DNA of 32,000 bases from Okeania sp. (GCF_035285525.1 NZ_JAYKGW010000213.1:3077-35076); one strand, 5' to 3'; shown: positions 9,696 to 18,265, counted from the first letter of the stretch. Notes: generated from the letters alone by a model not told the origin. Translations and numbers: made by a program.

Positions 9696-10095
9696 TCAAT
9701 TAAAATCATCTTCATTAAACGTATAAATAGCGCTTACCCCATGGTACTTCATAATAACAATGTGCATTAAATAAAATACTCTAGCCTTCTTTATAGGATT
9801 TATTTTAAGCAATTAAAACCATTGCTTAAATATCTGATTTGAAAATTTGAGAAGTTTTATATTGGGCATTTATTGTGTCTTCAGCAGTCAGAGGATTAGC
9901 GATAGATTTGGAACTGGTAACAACCGCATAAAACTCAGCAATAACTTGAGGTGATAGACAGAGAACTTCTGTTTTGCTAGGTCTTAAAACTTCTAAAGCT
10001 GCCCGATGTTTTTCTAAATTTTCTTTACTTCAATCAATTGAATATACCAGAATATTAGTATCTAAGTACCGTTTTATCTTGTTATTCGATACCAT
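9696..10095 (-). pseudogene. PIN-domain (VapC-like) toxin gene, inactivated
   Basis: The reverse-strand reading is MVSNNKIKRYLDTNILVYSID*SKENLEKHRAALEVLRPSKTEVLCLSPQVIAEFYAVVTSSKSIANPLTAEDTI..., with an in-frame TGA after 21 codons. The C-terminal part (..ARVFYLMHIVIMKYHGVSAIYTFNEDDFN*) is in a different frame. LDTN and TFNxxDF are PIN signatures. Confidence 0.6.
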
Positions 10096-10325
10096 AAATA
10101 TTACTTCTAGTTAGAGGTTCTTTGACTCCAATATCAGCAACTAACCAATCAAATTCTTGATGAAGTTGCTGCAATTCTTTTCGTTCCTTCATCTTCCTGT
10201 TGATTGAGATTTTGTGGAGAATTATTCTTTTGAGAAATAACCTTAAAAGCTGCAATAATTTGTTCTACTATAGCAATTTGTCTGGGAGTTAGACCTGTGA
10301 CATCTATAACTTTATTTTTCATCAT
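10082..10325 (-). pseudogene. VapB-like antitoxin gene, frameshifted
   Basis: ATGATG at 10325 gives MMKNKVIDVTGLTPRQIAIVEQIIAAFKVISQKNNSPQNLNQQEDE... The conserved tail MKERKELQQLHQEFDWLVADIGVKEPLTRSNIYGIE* is in the +1 frame (244 nt span, not a multiple of 3). Its stop overlaps the vapC-like start in the classic ATGGTATCGAATAA arrangement. Confidence 0.45.
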
Positions 10326-10381
10326 TATCCTCCTTAAAATTGATTATTTCTTGCCTTCCTTTATCAGTATTTAAGTTTATT

Positions 10382-10485
10382 AGGACTTACGGATGAACGT
10401 TGGTAGGGTGTATTTCGCTACGCGATATGAAAAGCGGAGCGTAACGCACCAATACTCTATATGTAGTGCCTCCCGTGTAAGTCCT
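10382..10485. mobile_element. MITE, AGGACTTACGCA/TGCGTAAGTCCT TIR family (family A)
   Basis: The left end is AGGACTTACGGA and the right end is CCGTGTAAGTCCT. Other copies are at 13799-13888, 15618-15719, 18026-18127 and 30322-30689. There is a solo left end at 18155 and a solo right end at 20168-20181. Confidence 0.65.
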
Positions 10486-10502
10486 GTTTAGTAAATTGGC
10501 AA

Positions 10503-10868
10503 TCAATCATATTTTGTCGTCAATTTAGTGACAAAATTTTTATATTCTGAAGAATTTAATCCCCGTTGTAAAATTGCCAAAACTTTGGCTAAATCTCCTG
10601 TAATCAAAACTGCTTTATCCAACCATAATCCAGGAAAATATTCACTACAAATAATACCTTTTTCATTTGGTTTAAGTTTAACATATTTACCTTCTTTTAA
10701 GCGAAGCCAATCAAATTATCCATCATAAAATCGCCAAACTAAATATTCTTGAACTTGATTACTTCGATAAGCTTTTAACTTATCATGTAGATCGATAGAA
10801 GCGCTACTAGCTGAAATTTCTACGATTAATTCTGGCGCACCTTCTACATAACCATCTTTCCTATCTAT
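10503..10868 (-). pseudogene. Uma2-family (DUF820) endonuclease gene, 5'-truncated with internal stop
   Basis: The reverse-strand reading is [91 protein letters not shown]... There is an in-frame TAA at 10716-10718. The N-terminal ~70 aa are missing (stop at 10869-10871). The GxPELVVEIxSxS...D...K...Y...GVxEYW pattern is the Uma2 core. Track ORF 10528-10728(+) is its antisense shadow. Confidence 0.7.
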
Positions 10869-10894
10869 TTACTTGAATTAATAGATGATTATTC

Positions 10895-11187
10895 TTACTG
10901 GTTGGATTTATTTTTTAGATATTGATATGCTTTTGCTTTCGCAAGAGTAATAATATGTTCTACCACTAAAAATTTATCAAATTCGCCTTTTTCTTCTATT
11001 GCTGCCCTCCTGGGAGGAGTTAGGGGTGGGTCTCCATTTTTGAGCGATAAATTAGGTTTTCTATTTGCTCTTTTGTTGGCTCAGAATATTAAAATTGAGT
11101 CAAACTTTCTGGGGTTATACCTCCAGCGATAAATTCAATAAATTCATCATAAACTTTGGTTGTTTGTATGGTTGTATTTATCATCAT
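10895..11187 (-). pseudogene. Small antitoxin-like ORF disrupted by an in-frame stop and a ~28-bp mini-repeat insertion
   Basis: The reading is MMINTTIQTTKVYDEFIEFIAGGITPESLTQF*YSEPTKEQIENLIYRSK.., then the inserted CCCTCCTGGGAGGAGTTAGGGGTGGGTC (11005-11032, same family as 21262-21376 and 30551-30666), then ..AAIEEKGEFDKFLVVEHIITLAKAKAYQYLKNKSNQ*. The family assignment is only a pattern impression. Confidence 0.4.
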
Positions 11188-11477
11188 AAATTGTTACCTT
11201 ATACCGTTTCACGGAAGTCAAAAGTCAAAATTCATGCATTATGATTTTATAGCTCAAAATTTTTCATAATGTAGCATAGCATAAGGTGTGAGGAGTCAGG
11301 AATCATATTTTTTCTAATATTAATTATTATGATCACAACCAAAACCTGGGAAGGGCGAATGGCATTTCCTAAGGTCATGCTCCGCAAACGCCCCTACTTG
11401 GGATTGACTAAAATGAAAACCCCTATAATTTTTGGAGATATCTATTAGAAACAGTTTGAATTATCAATTATTAATTA

Positions 11478-13559
11478 TTAATTACTTTCACATTGTTCGT
11501 GAACTCCTCCCTGTTGACAAATATAGTTAATTTGATTCTGGTTTAAGTTCTTGGCAAAATTAAAATTAACTCCTTTTAAATTCTCGGATTTGAAACCATC
11601 TAGGGGATTAGTTAAAAATTGCTCTTCTTGAGTAGGTTTTGTTACTGCGAATTTTGCTCCTTTTAAATCTGTTCCACTTAAGTTTGCTCCTCGTAAATCT
11701 GCTAAACTTAAATCTGTATTTTGTAAATTAGCATTTTGCAGTTGAGCATTTCTAAAATCGGTATTATTTAACTTAGCTGAACTTAAGTTGGCTTTTTTTA
11801 AATTAGCTCTACTAAAGTTTGCCCCTGATAAATTTGCTCCTTGCCAATTAGATTCTCTTAAATCAGATGATTGAAAAATAGTACCTTCAGCTTTAACTTT
11901 ACTTAAAGTAGCTTGGTATAATTTAGCTTCCGATAAATTAGCGCTTCCTAAATCTGCACCAGTAAAACTTGCCCCGGTTAAATTAGCTCGCTGTAAGTCA
12001 GTTTCGATTAACTTAGCACGGCTTAAATTGGCTTTTGTCATCACAGAATCTGGAATTTTAGCCTTATTCAGAGTTGCTCTAAATAAATCTGCACGCTCCA
12101 TAAAGACTGGACCCATAATACCTGTTAAATTTGCTTCTATCAGATTTGCTCCACTAAAATCAGCAATTGAATCATCAAAAGTACCCAGACGATTATCTTT
12201 TCCAGGTCCATAAAAGCGACTATTCTTAAAACTAGCCTGATTGAGAATAGCACCTCTAAATTTCACTCCAGACAAATCTGTATTTTCTAATATCAAAGTA
12301 AAACTTGCTGGAGTAGAAGTAACTTGACCTAAATCTACTCTACTTAAATCAACATCTTTCACCGAACCACTATAAACTTTAAGAACCTTAGCGATCGCCT
12401 TTTGAGTTGCCCTGAGTTTTATAGATACCACCAGTTGCTCTTTAGTATTACCAGCATAACTTAAAGAGTCCAAATCATTTTTCAGAGCTTGATTTAAACG
12501 ACGTAGCTCTGGTAGTACAGTTGGTCCAGCACTTACTAAAGATAATTGAATTCCATCAAGTACACTTTGTTCTTTTTCTTGCCCCAACAAATCTACCAAT
12601 AATGGTATGGCACGAGGATCTTTAGTAGCACCAAGAGCTAAAACTGCCACTCGTCGTTCTTGAGGTTGAGTGGAAGTTAGAGACAACTTATTCACCAGAG
12701 CTAGAAACATATCATTATCTTGTTGTTTCAGCACCCGCCAATTTGCCTGGTCTTGAATATAAACCTGAGTACCAAAGATAGTTCCTAGAACTGAGAGTAT
12801 ACCCACAGTAGTCACAGTCAGTATGGCAATACCAGGATTTTGTTGTATCCAAGGCCATAAACGAAAATTTTCTGATTTTTGCTCACTCAGAATAATTGTG
12901 GTTACAGAAATTTGTTTCTCAGTATTACCGAAACTAAAAGGATTAGAATCTAATTGCCCGGAGCGAGCATCTACCACCAAAGTATTTCCTAATTGATCAT
13001 GTCCAGTGCGATGTAGTTTATTGAGGCGAACAAAATAAATATCAACTAAGGAAGTTAGTCCTCCTAGTAAAAGCAGGATTCCCAGAGAAGGAAATGCCCC
13101 ACTGAGATGCCAAATTAAATAGGCAGTTCCCATAGGTAATCCCCATTTTCCCAAACCCTCGCGAATTAAGGTTCTTTTCCAACCAGGAGAATTTCCCAAA
13201 GCTGACACAACTCTAACTTCAAACCAACGTTTCGGCAATGTTTGACCTGTTGTGGCTAATAGGTATAATTGCCAACTTACAATTATTGTAGGAGCTAATA
13301 ATGCTCCAGACCATAATAAATTAGCTAAAGGAGTTACTTTTTGATAAGGATTTCGTAATGGTATTCCGAAAGTATTGGCAATTACTTCTGTAGTTTTTGC
13401 TACAACTGGGTTAAGAGGAACAGATTTATTGCCAAAGCTACCTAACTGGCCAAGCCAAAATGGAACTGCTCCACTCACTAAAATAAGAGATACTTCTGTA
13501 GTCCAAGCACCACATCTACGAACCCAGATTGGTAGTTGCTTAGATTTTAACTCCGACAT
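11478..13559 (-). CDS. Multidomain membrane protein: N-terminal RDD-family domain, HEAT-like repeats, C-terminal pentapeptide-repeat domain
   Basis: 693 aa. The RDD-like N-terminus has several TM helices and ends in RTGHDQLGNTLVVDA. It is followed by another TM helix, then HEAT/PBS-lyase-like repeats (RRVAVLALGATKDPRAIPLLVDLLGQEKE). The C-terminal ~270 aa are A(D/N)LxG-type pentapeptide repeats (ANLSGANFSRANLKKANLSSAKLNNTDFRNAQLQNANLQNTDLSLADLRGANLSGTDLKGAKF). Confidence 0.85.
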   Translation of the reverse strand: MSELKSKQLPIWVRRCGAWTTEVSLILVSGAVPFWLGQLGSFGNKSVPLNPVVAKTTEVIANTFGIPLRNPYQKVTPLANLLWSGALLAPTIIVSWQLYLLATTGQTLPKRWFEVRVVSALGNSPGWKRTLIREGLGKWGLPMGTAYLIWHLSGAFPSLGILLLLGGLTSLVDIYFVRLNKLHRTGHDQLGNTLVVDARSGQLDSNPFSFGNTEKQISVTTIILSEQKSENFRLWPWIQQNPGIAILTVTTVGILSVLGTIFGTQVYIQDQANWRVLKQQDNDMFLALVNKLSLTSTQPQERRVAVLALGATKDPRAIPLLVDLLGQEKEQSVLDGIQLSLVSAGPTVLPELRRLNQALKNDLDSLSYAGNTKEQLVVSIKLRATQKAIAKVLKVYSGSVKDVDLSRVDLGQVTSTPASFTLILENTDLSGVKFRGAILNQASFKNSRFYGPGKDNRLGTFDDSIADFSGANLIEANLTGIMGPVFMERADLFRATLNKAKIPDSVMTKANLSRAKLIETDLQRANLTGASFTGADLGSANLSEAKLYQATLSKVKAEGTIFQSSDLRESNWQGANLSGANFSRANLKKANLSSAKLNNTDFRNAQLQNANLQNTDLSLADLRGANLSGTDLKGAKFAVTKPTQEEQFLTNPLDGFKSENLKGVNFNFAKNLNQNQINYICQQGGVHEQCESN

Positions 13560-13686
13560 AGATAATATAGATAAATATAGTAGTAATTTGTTCTATAGCA
13601 ATTCTAAATTAGATTGTCATATTTTATTGTAGGGGTTTGGTCTCCAAACCCAAGCACATAAGCAGTTTAGTCTATATATTCCTAAA

Positions 13687-13993
13687 GCACTTTTCGTTGC
13701 CTGTGAGGTATACCCGCCCAGGCAAAATCAGACGTTATACTGGCAGTATCTGGAAGCTCGCACTATAAAACTTTCACCATTTACCACATTATTTGTTCAG
13801 GACTTACGCAGCAACCCTAGATATGGTGCTTAAAACCCTTGAACTGGTAGTTAAAAAACTCTATATATAGTACCTTTGCGTAAGTCCTGTTGTTATGAAG
13901 TATACCCGCGCGGGCAAAATCAGATGTTACACCCGCGGGTTCTGAAAACTCGCACTATAAAATTTTCACTATTTACCCTATAAATTATTTGTC
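13687..13993. repeat. Repeat cluster: family B unit (13687-13797), family A MITE (13799-13888), family B unit (13896-13993)
   Basis: The family B consensus, as read, is ..CGTTGCCyGTGAGGkTATACCC...CGCACTATAAAAyTTTCACyATTTACC..ATTATTTGT. A third copy is at 18180-18265. The family A MITE has TIRs AGGACTTACGCA and TGCGTAAGTCCT. Confidence 0.65.
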
Positions 13994-14027
13994 GGAAATC
14001 TGCTGTAAATCTGCGCTTCACAATTTT

Positions 14028-14345
14028 TCATTTGTCTTTTTCCGAGTAATTAGGAGGTATGAAAAAACGATATCCAAAATAAATAACACCTCCAAATATT
14101 ACTATTGTAATTAATAGAGAAACTAAACTAACAAAAGCTTCTAATATTTTGATGAGAAATATGGGAATAATAATTAATCCGGCAATTTTCCCCCATTGAG
14201 GAAGTGTTTTAAACCAGGCTAAGAAGTCTGCAAAAAAAACTTTAATTGATTTTTTTACATTATCTAAAGAATTGAATGAACTGGAAGCAGAATCATAATT
14301 TGGTTCCGAATTTTCTTGAAAGTTTTTATTTTTGTGATAATTCAT
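14028..14345 (-). CDS. Small membrane protein (hypothetical)
   Basis: The track ORF extends to 14393, into the repeat flank. The ATG at 14345 gives MNYHKNKNFQENSEPNYDSASSS...WGKIAGLIIIPIFLIKILEAFVSLVSLLITIVIFGGVIYFGYRFF, which is two predicted TM helices. No recognisable family. Confidence 0.5.
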   Translation of the reverse strand: MNYHKNKNFQENSEPNYDSASSSFNSLDNVKKSIKVFFADFLAWFKTLPQWGKIAGLIIIPIFLIKILEAFVSLVSLLITIVIFGGVIYFGYRFFIPPNYSEKDK

Positions 14346-14450
14346 TTGAGAATTATAATATCTAATTGAACAGATGAAATTATAGTATAGCAATCATATT
14401 TGATTCCTGTAGAAAATTCAAAAGCTTTTAGGGAACAGGGAATAGGGAAC

Positions 14451-14715
14451 AGTCGTAGGTTGGTTTGAGGAACGAAACCCAACAATAGTCGTAGGTTGGG
14501 TTGAGGAACGAAACCCAACAATAGTAGGTTTAGTCGTAGGTTGGTTTGAGGAACGAAACCCAACAATAGTCGTAGGTTGGGTTGAGGAACGAAACCCAAC
14601 AATAGTCGTAGGTTGGGTTGAGGAACGAAACCCAACAATAGTAGGTTTAGTCGTAGGTTGGGAAGTTCAGCGTTAGGGTTGCGTAGCATGGAACGAAACC
14701 CAACCTACGGCTACT
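14451..14715. repeat. Tandem array of a 36-nt hairpin-forming unit (5 copies plus stubs and a long terminal variant)
   Basis: Units AGTCGTAGGTTGGkTTGAGGAACGAAACCCAACAAT are at 14451-14486, 14487-14522, 14532-14567, 14568-14603 and 14604-14639. The 9-nt stubs AGTAGGTTT are at 14523-14531 and 14640-14648. The terminal variant starts at 14649 and has an 11-bp stem CGTAGGTTGGG/CCCAACCTACG. Confidence 0.9.
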
Positions 14716-14730
14716 CCCTACCTTATAATA

Positions 14731-15333
14731 TTACAAAGGAATTAATTCGGAAAAATTGACTAATAATTGTTCATTATCTAATTCATCCCCTAAACGTGCT
14801 GGAGAAAAATGTATTTGAATACCCCGCAACTTTTCTTGGTAATGCAAATTAATCAAAGCTTTCAACCCTAGAGTCATAGCTCCCATACTCGCAAGATCGG
14901 TTTCAATATCTGGCACTTCTCCCTCGAACGCAACCGTTATCATTACCACTAAATTACCTGTAGGAGGTAAAGTCAAAAGTTCGTTATTTTCTTCGTCATC
15001 TTCATTTTCCCCAGAACTTAGGTAGCGTTGAGCAGAGTCTGTAAACAGTTCATCAAAAAAGTCTCCTGCTTCTCCCTCATCCCAAACAACGTCACCTTCG
15101 TTAGCTGCCGATTGCCAGTAGGTATCATATTGCAAGAGACTTTGACAGACTTCAACGAGTCTTTCCCCAACTACTTCCAAGTCACCTTCTGATTCAACTG
15201 CTTCCCTAACAGCTCTATTCAAAACACCCAATAAAGGTGTCACCTCTGAACCTGCTAAGTGTAGAAATAGACGAGAGACAACAAACCTGGTTTTGCCTGT
15301 AAATTTTTTGAAGTTATCTTGCCAAGAAGCCAT
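14731..15333 (-). CDS. Acidic conserved hypothetical protein, DUF1517-like soluble domain
   Basis: 200 aa. The pattern ..LLQYDTYWQSAA...FDELFTDSAQRYL...NLVVMITVAFEG...LRGIQIHFSPARLGDELDNEQLLVNFSELIPL resembles the DUF1517 layout (dyW.., F..l..eR.., yiVVTll.., evLWtPq..d.Ls.del...yP.L). No TM segment. The family call is tentative. Confidence 0.6.
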   Translation of the reverse strand: MASWQDNFKKFTGKTRFVVSRLFLHLAGSEVTPLLGVLNRAVREAVESEGDLEVVGERLVEVCQSLLQYDTYWQSAANEGDVVWDEGEAGDFFDELFTDSAQRYLSSGENEDDEENNELLTLPPTGNLVVMITVAFEGEVPDIETDLASMGAMTLGLKALINLHYQEKLRGIQIHFSPARLGDELDNEQLLVNFSELIPL

Positions 15334-15410
15334 AATTTTACGTTTGATGATGAGTAGGTATAATTTTACTTACCTGAAAATTGCCATAATGTCAAGAATA
15401 GTAGGATATT

Positions 15411-15546
15411 AAACATCTCCAGAAAAGAGGGAACACTTAACACTTAACCCTGAACAGGTAACCCACCCCTCACCCCTCCCATGAGGGGAAGAATTGATAA
15501 TTTATGGATAAGAATTGATTTAATTTTTCATTTTTGGAGATGTCTA
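15411..15546. mobile_element. MITE with (T)AGACATCTCCAGAAAA / TTTTTGGAGATGTCTA termini (family F)
   Basis: The left end is AAACATCTCCAGAAAAG (15411-15427) and the right end is TTTTTGGAGATGTCTA (15531-15546). The interior GAATTGATAATTTATGGATAAGAATTGATT recurs at 25917-25950. A minimal 71-bp copy is at 19526-19596. Confidence 0.6.
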
Positions 15547-15552
15547 TTTGTT

Positions 15553-15870
15553 ATATCAAATCCGGTAGAATTAAAGCCTGAGTTTTAACCACGAATGGCG
15601 ATAGGAATTATATTATTAGGACTTACGCATGCGAAACCCGGTTTCTACGATAAATCCTGGTTTTGAGCAGTAATAATCTACCCTCGTACGGGGTTTCTGG
15701 GTTCATCTGCGTAAGTCCTGATTATATCAAAAATCTGCTAGCTTTGGAGAATAAAATTCTACCATCAGAAAAGAGCGAAAAGTCCTAGTATGTAGAGAGT
15801 ACGGTTCCCGATAAATTGGAGACCAAACCCCTACAATCTTTAATTCTACCGATACTACCGGATTTGATAT
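15553..15870. mobile_element. Composite MITE (TIR ATATCAAATCCGGTAG..AATTAAAG) with a nested family A MITE (15618-15719)
   Basis: The left end is ATATCAAATCCGGTAGAATTAAAG (15553-15576). The right end is CTTTAATTCTACCGATACTACCGGATTTGATAT (to 15870). The right half (15759-15870) is homologous to 1463-1563. Confidence 0.6.
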
Positions 15871-15959
15871 TACTCAGAAACCATCAATGGAAGGGAGTTC
15901 TATCACTAATTATCCAGAGATGATATAACTCCTTATCCTTCTTGAGTCTTAACTACTCC

Positions 15960-17912
15960 CTAAATATTAATACTCTGGGGAGTTTTAGAAGGCAACAAAT
16001 ACCTGTAAGGTATCCGGTGCAAATTTCGCTGCTCAATAGTAACTTCCACCTGTTCCAGATTTTCCTGGAACTTCTCTAATAGAGATTTCACTTGCGCATC
16101 TGTAAAATGATCTTTGGGATATTCACCCAATCTCGTGTAATAAACAGAACCCAATAAATATGTAAGATTCAATTGATCTTGTGCTTGCTCTAGGGGAGGT
16201 AACAAATTCAAATAATCTTCCTCAGTTACCTCACCTTTAAGAATTGAACTTGGCAAATAACCAGCTAATGGAACCGCTGGAGCATAAGACATTATATCTT
16301 TTTGCGGGAAATTAACAGCAGCGTGTTGAGCGCTAGCAGTAAAAATAATCAACGTCACAGCATCAATTAAATACTTCCGGGTTTTGATACCCCCATCTTC
16401 ACCAAAATCAGGTACACGGCCTCCATCATCAGCCATAACTTCCGCTGCCCAAGCTTGCAGTTCCCGATCTGCCTGAACCTCTTCATCTCTAGAATAATAA
16501 AGACTTAAATAATCTGAAACCCATTGATGAATAGCATCCCAAACCAACAAAGCATCATCCCGATAAGGATAAACAGGCAACAGTTCCTTATCGTCAACTC
16601 CTCGTTGTTGCAGTTGATTTGGTAACATAGCTGCATTAAAACCATAACTCTGCAACCCTAATACTGTCAAAACCCGAGCATTATCAATAGTAGCTGAAAG
16701 TAAACTATCAACCCCACCTCCAGGAGCAATCAACCTGTCTTGAGCGCCATCATTAATTGATAAAGTACCTTCAAAATGAGGACGTAACAACATACTTAGG
16801 CAATGATTTGGGGGCAGTTGTCGATGAGTCGGTGGAATAAATGCTCCCACAAATAAATTAGTTCTGGCTAAATGACTGACTGCCTCGTGAAAATTAGCAT
16901 CCACTATTTGCACAACCGTTTTAGCAAATAACCAAGCATACTTAGAAGAGTTGGGAGTAAAAATGGGGTTATCCGTTCCTGGAGTTTGACCGCATTGAAT
17001 AGCTACAGGAAGTAATTTACGGTTTGAATCTGAACCTTTGGGCACCGCAAATAAAGCTAGAGGCGCATAAATATACTTTTGTTCTTTGGGGAATGTACCA
17101 TTAATCGCACCTTCTAAAATTTTATAATCTGCTAGATAAAGTCGTCCTTCTGCTCCCGCTGTTTCTAATGAATCATCACTACCCATCACTGCTTGATATT
17201 GGGTATTTGTAACCGGAAAACGTTTGTCAAGATTTGATACCCGCTCAATCATCAGAGGATTATAACCTGCTACTCGCATATAAGCGAATACTTCATCTTC
17301 TGTAAAAGTATGAGCGATGCTTGGTATCCCTCCTGTTTCTGGAAATAGTTCTTTATAGGAGAAAAGTTTTTGATAGTCTTCAAGACTCGTAACATGACCT
17401 TCTGGACGTCCTTTCTCTAATACTGTTCCAACTTCGTTCTTAATATTCTTAAGTATTGACAGACCATTTTCCTTCAGAAGGGAAATCAAGAAGTCATCTA
17501 TTTCACGAAAATCATTAGGTACTCCTTGACTTAATAATTGTTGAGTTAATAATAAATTTTGACTCAAAAATAATTGAATAAAAAATGGTAGAGTTTTATT
17601 CTCTTTTCCCATTTTCATTGATTTTATCTGCTCATAAATTACTGCTAAAATATATTCAATCACATCATCTCTGACTCCACGATTTCCTCGATTTCCCCGG
17701 TTTGTAATTAGGGTATTTAGAAATAGCAAACGTATGTTTTTTACTAATAATAAATACCATTCTTGAGAAGGTTTCTCTCGCTTTGGTAATTTATTCACCA
17801 TTGCCACAGGAGGAATGTATGTATAGTTATATTGATATTCTTGTCTGGCTACTTCTAGACTCGGACTTACTGATGAACAGGTAGTGTTTTTTGATTGGTT
17901 AATCATGTTCAA
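15960..17912 (-). CDS. Lipoxygenase (bacterial type, non-PLAT N-terminus)
   Basis: 650 aa. LOX hallmarks: FHEAVSHLARTNLF (first metal motif), RPHFEGTLSINDGAQDRLIAPGG, FTASAQHAAVNFPQ (His and Asn ligands), and C-terminal ...KTPQSINI (terminal Ile ligand). Confidence 0.9.
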   Translation of the reverse strand: MNMINQSKNTTCSSVSPSLEVARQEYQYNYTYIPPVAMVNKLPKREKPSQEWYLLLVKNIRLLFLNTLITNRGNRGNRGVRDDVIEYILAVIYEQIKSMKMGKENKTLPFFIQLFLSQNLLLTQQLLSQGVPNDFREIDDFLISLLKENGLSILKNIKNEVGTVLEKGRPEGHVTSLEDYQKLFSYKELFPETGGIPSIAHTFTEDEVFAYMRVAGYNPLMIERVSNLDKRFPVTNTQYQAVMGSDDSLETAGAEGRLYLADYKILEGAINGTFPKEQKYIYAPLALFAVPKGSDSNRKLLPVAIQCGQTPGTDNPIFTPNSSKYAWLFAKTVVQIVDANFHEAVSHLARTNLFVGAFIPPTHRQLPPNHCLSMLLRPHFEGTLSINDGAQDRLIAPGGGVDSLLSATIDNARVLTVLGLQSYGFNAAMLPNQLQQRGVDDKELLPVYPYRDDALLVWDAIHQWVSDYLSLYYSRDEEVQADRELQAWAAEVMADDGGRVPDFGEDGGIKTRKYLIDAVTLIIFTASAQHAAVNFPQKDIMSYAPAVPLAGYLPSSILKGEVTEEDYLNLLPPLEQAQDQLNLTYLLGSVYYTRLGEYPKDHFTDAQVKSLLEKFQENLEQVEVTIEQRNLHRIPYRYLLPSKTPQSINI

Positions 17913-18025
17913 TAATTTTTTGGTATGGTGCTACTTGAATAGGGAATAGGGAACAGTTGAATATTAAGGGGTTTCAGGATGTAGAAATATCCGCGCCCTT
18001 TGGTTCTACTGCTATATTAAATTTT

Positions 18026-18127
18026 AGGACTTACAAGGGAGAAACCTGGTTTCTAGGATAAATCCTTGTTTTAAGCAATAGCAGTCTAGGCTTGTAGCGG
18101 GTTTCTGGGTTCATCTGCGTCAGTCCT
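18026..18127. mobile_element. Family A MITE, full-length homologue of 15618-15719
   Basis: AGGACTTACAAGGGAGAAACCTGGTTTCTAGGATAAATCC...GGGTTTCTGGGTTCATCTGCGTCAGTCCT is colinear with the 15618-15719 copy. Confidence 0.65.
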
Positions 18128-18154
18128 GAAATTTTTTACCATACTAACATTAAT

Positions 18155-18265
18155 AGGACTTACGCAGAACCCCTATACAGTGCTTTCCGTTGCCCGTGAG
18201 GGTGTACCCCATGGGTAATATGCCGACACTATAATATTTCCACCATTTACCCTGTACATTATTCG
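18155..18265. repeat. Solo family A left end fused to a family B unit
   Basis: AGGACTTACGCAGAACCCCTATACAGT is followed by GCTTTCCGTTGCCCGTGAGGGTGTACCCC...CGACACTATAATATTTCCACCATTTACCCTGTACATTATTCG. Confidence 0.5.

Noticed and set aside
14342-14689. Track ORF (115 aa) with the reiterated peptide LLLGFVPQPNLRL
   Set aside because: It is a conceptual translation of the 36-nt tandem repeat array. The periodic sequence simply mirrors the DNA repeat. It overlaps the 5' end of the neighbouring small-protein ORF and has no independent coding signal.
14451-14715. Possible CRISPR array
   Set aside because: The repeat units are directly adjacent, or separated only by a 9-nt stub derived from the unit itself. 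There are no unique spacers and no cas genes in the window.
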